From the NCBI GenBank assembly GCA_034670305.1, contig JAXMNT010000006.1, forward strand, positions 160,001-224,000: 64,000 bases of DNA. Direction: 5' to 3'. The DNA comes from Deltaproteobacteria bacterium. Its GTDB lineage: Bacteria; Myxococcota_A; Polyangia; Polyangiales; Houyiibacteriaceae. The notes beneath the pieces were generated by a model, which ran no database searches, was not told the DNA's origin, and was given only the letters and a program-made list of their open reading frames with translations. Shown piece by piece: positions 61,307-64,000 of the stretch (position 1 is its first letter; each line of letters opens with the position of its first letter). The translations under genes were made by a program, and so were the position numbers.

Positions 61307-62980
61307 ATGGCGACACGACGCGAGATGTGGGAACGATTGGGCGAGGACGTGGACGTACTCGTCGTGGGTGGGGGAATCAACGGGGCCGGCATCGCGCGCG
61401 ACGCGGCGCGCCGCGGTCTCAAGGTCGCGCTCGTGGAGATGAACGACCTCGCCTCCGGGACGAGTTCCCGGTCGAGCAAGCTGGTCCACGGCGGACTCCG
61501 GTACCTCGAACACTACGAGTTCAGCATGGTCTTCGAGTCGGTCAGCGAACGGCGGATCCTCATGGACCTCGCCCCCCATCTGGTCAACCCGCTCGGCTTC
61601 GTCTTCCCCGTCTACAAGGGCTCGCCGCACAAGCTCTTCATGATCAACGCGGGCATGTGGCTCTACGATGGGCTCTCTCTGTTTCGGTCTCCAAAGATCC
61701 ACAAAAACCTCAAACCCAAGGACATCGCCAAACTCGAGCCGGCGTTGAAGCTCGAAGGCATGAAAGGGGCACCGCTCTACTACGACTGCTCCACCGACGA
61801 CGCACGACTCACCCTCGAGACGGCGATCGACGCCGTTCAACAGGGGGCAGTCGTGTGTACGGGCGCCAGGGTTGCGAAATTTCTCCAGAGCGACGACGGG
61901 CGGGTCGCTGGGGCGGTTGTTGAGAACACCTTGGACGGCGGCACCAAAGAGGTTCGCGCGCGCGTGGTGATCAATGCGACGGGCCCCTGGACCGACGCGA
62001 CGCGCACGCTGAGTGACGCGGAAGCCGCTGCGGTCCTTCGACCCACGAAGGGCGTGCACATCGTCGTCGACGCCAAGAAGCTTCCGATCAACAACGCGGT
62101 CGTCTGTTTTCATCCCTCGGACGGTCGCGTGCTCTTCGCGCTGCCCTGGGGCGACCGCGCCTACGTGGGCACCACCGACACCGACTACAAGGGCGCGCTG
62201 GACGACCTCGCCGCCACCCGCGACGACGTCGACTACTTGATCGACGCCGTGGGTCACTACTTCCCCGACCACCGGCTGACGCACGAAGACGTGATCTCGA
62301 CCTGGGCCGGACTGCGGCCCCTCGTCGCACCGCCCACGCAAAAAGGCAAAGCGGTCAACGAAGGAGCGGTCAGCCGCGAACACGAGATCCTCGTCGGTCG
62401 AGATGGTCTCGTGACCATCGCGGGCGGCAAACTGACCACGTACCGGAAGGTGTCGGGCGAAGTCGTCGATCGCGCGGTGCAACTGCTGCGTCTCTCAGGC
62501 GATGCGCCCAAGGGGCTGCGCGCGTCCAACACCGACGAGGCGCCGCTCCCCGGTGGCGTCGGTTGGCCCGACGACGACGACCACGACGTGATCGCGCGGC
62601 GGGTGATGGCGGCAAGCCAAGACCGCATCGAACACGACACCGCGACCTACTTGGCCGGCGCCTATGGCACGCGCGCGATCGACATGGCGCGCCGCGTCGC
62701 CGAGAACCCGACCCTCGCGATTCGCCTCGTGGCGGGCCGTCCGGAGATCCGCGCCCAGGTCCGCTGGGCCGTGCGCGAAGAACTCGCCGCGACCGTGACC
62801 GACGTGATGATTCGCCGGACGCAGCTCTTCTACCGAGACGGAGATCAGGGTCTTGGCTGCATGGGCGACGTCGCCGACATCATGGGCGCGGAGCTCGACT
62901 GGGACGACGCCGCCAAGCAGGCTTCGTGCGACGCGTACCGCGCAGAGGTTGCGCTGAGCCGGCGCTGGCAGTCGGAGTAG
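61307..62980 (+). CDS. glpD: FAD-dependent glycerol-3-phosphate dehydrogenase
   Basis: [52 protein letters not shown]. Confidence 0.96.
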   Translation: MATRREMWERLGEDVDVLVVGGGINGAGIARDAARRGLKVALVEMNDLASGTSSRSSKLVHGGLRYLEHYEFSMVFESVSERRILMDLAPHLVNPLGFVFPVYKGSPHKLFMINAGMWLYDGLSLFRSPKIHKNLKPKDIAKLEPALKLEGMKGAPLYYDCSTDDARLTLETAIDAVQQGAVVCTGARVAKFLQSDDGRVAGAVVENTLDGGTKEVRARVVINATGPWTDATRTLSDAEAAAVLRPTKGVHIVVDAKKLPINNAVVCFHPSDGRVLFALPWGDRAYVGTTDTDYKGALDDLAATRDDVDYLIDAVGHYFPDHRLTHEDVISTWAGLRPLVAPPTQKGKAVNEGAVSREHEILVGRDGLVTIAGGKLTTYRKVSGEVVDRAVQLLRLSGDAPKGLRASNTDEAPLPGGVGWPDDDDHDVIARRVMAASQDRIEHDTATYLAGAYGTRAIDMARRVAENPTLAIRLVAGRPEIRAQVRWAVREELAATVTDVMIRRTQLFYRDGDQGLGCMGDVADIMGAELDWDDAAKQASCDAYRAEVALSRRWQSE

Positions 62981-63035
62981 GGGCGCCGGGGGCGAGCACC
63001 CGTACCGTTCCAAGTCGGAGTAGGGCGTCGGCTTC

Positions 63036-63212
63036 GCTGAAGCCGACGCCGAAGCCGACGCCGAAGCCGACGCCGAAGCCGACGCCGAAGCCGACGCCGA
63101 AGCCGACGCCGACGCCGAAGCCGACGCCGAAACCCACGCCGAAGCCGAAGCCGATGCCGACGCCGAAACCGACGCCGAAACCGACGCCGAAACCGACGCC
63201 GAAGCCGACGCC
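63036..63212 (+). repeat. (GAAGCCGACGCC)n tract T8 preceded by one inverted 12-bp unit
   Basis: GGCGTCGGCTTC-gct-GAAGCCGACGCC hairpin at 63024-63050, then tandem units. Confidence 0.95.
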
Positions 63213-63224
63213 TCGCCGGCCGGG

Positions 63225-63848
63225 CTACGCGCCGGTGAGGCTGGGGAGGGCGATCTGGAGTTCGAGGGTTCCGTCTTCGACGGAGATGCGTTCCAGCGTG
63301 AGCATTTCGAAGACGAGCGCGGCGGCGCTGCGGCTGGCGGCGTCGCGGACGGCGGGCACGGTGCGGAGGTCCACGCGCAGTCCGCCGGGGCCATCGACGT
63401 CGACGATGGCGCCGCAGGGATCGTCGGGGGGCGGCTGAAGCACGACGGCCCAGACGCTCTGAGCGATGACGCCGCTCAAGGCGCTCACCGCGTCGCGCAC
63501 GCTGCGGTTGCGCGCGAGTTCGGCGGGCTCGACCGACCAGCTGATCTCTTTGGCGCCGCGCGACGCGAACCGCACCGCCAAGGGCTCGAGCGAGAAGTCG
63601 ATCGATTCGTTGCCCACCGAGAGGTAGACGTGCAGTCGACCGCCGCGCGCGGTGACGGTCGCGCTGCGCACGCCGGGGGCGTGGGCGACGGCGCCGGTGA
63701 GGGCGCGGTCGCCGATGCTCGCGCGTTGGTCCCGCAGCTCACGCACCAGCCGTCGCGCGGTCGCGAGGGGGCCCACCGAGCGGAGCCGATCCCCGGCGCG
63801 GTCGGCGCCGGCGCGGACCAGACTCTTGAGGAGATCGAAGCGGCTCAC
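63225..63848 (-). CDS. hypothetical protein
   Basis: 207-aa ORF, GTG start overlapping the upstream stop (GTGA). Confidence 0.75.
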   Translation of the reverse strand: MSRFDLLKSLVRAGADRAGDRLRSVGPLATARRLVRELRDQRASIGDRALTGAVAHAPGVRSATVTARGGRLHVYLSVGNESIDFSLEPLAVRFASRGAKEISWSVEPAELARNRSVRDAVSALSGVIAQSVWAVVLQPPPDDPCGAIVDVDGPGGLRVDLRTVPAVRDAASRSAAALVFEMLTLERISVEDGTLELQIALPSLTGA

Positions 63849-64000
63849 GCGTCGCTGCTCGTGGCAGCCGCAGTCTCCGCGGCCGGCTTGCGGGGCAACT
63901 TCCGGAACGCTTCGAGGTCGAGCGGCGTGTAGCGGGCACCTTCGCTTTCGACCTTGGTGGTGACGGAGGCGTCGTCGCGGTCGACGAAGAACCCTTCACG
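63845..64000 (-). CDS. 3' end of a gene starting beyond the window (product unknown)
   Basis: Open frame [51 protein letters not shown] with coding-like codons. Confidence 0.7.
   Translation of the reverse strand, partial: REGFFVDRDDASVTTKVESEGARYTPLDLEAFRKLPRKPAAETAAATSSDA

Overview
Very GC-rich bacterial chromosomal window, most likely a myxobacterium (Myxococcota, Polyangiales-like). The taxon is inferred from the Cys-rich lipoprotein repeats, MopE-type repeats, PEGA/Ser-Thr kinase modules and GYF/TonB_C-like proteins. About 50 genes are present. Housekeeping genes: pfkA, rlmB, pyrF, gdhA, a DEAD-box helicase, gpsA, lon, pgi, sua5 and glpD. The rest are mostly envelope and signalling genes. 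No tRNA, rRNA, CRISPR array, integrase or transposase was found. Main points of interest: (1) a 26-repeat Cys-rich giant lipoprotein coupled to a beta-barrel/TSP3/OmpA protein, resembling a TraAB kin-recognition pair with inverted topology; (2) an orphan type III secretion SctJ-like ring lipoprotein 1 nt downstream of a pseudokinase-GYF-TM-TonB_C protein; (3) an MlaF-E-E-F-D operon whose two ATPases carry complementary degenerate motifs; (4) a cluster of four GT-C-like membrane glycosyltransferases and a GT2 around secreted Cys-rich proteins; (5) eight dispersed (GCCGAN)n hexamer tracts, three sharing the same 5' seed; (6) a cluster of 103-bp elements with terminal inverted repeats. Products are assigned from motifs recognised by eye, with no database search. 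Start codons were chosen manually, and most long ORFs in the supplied track are GC shadow frames.
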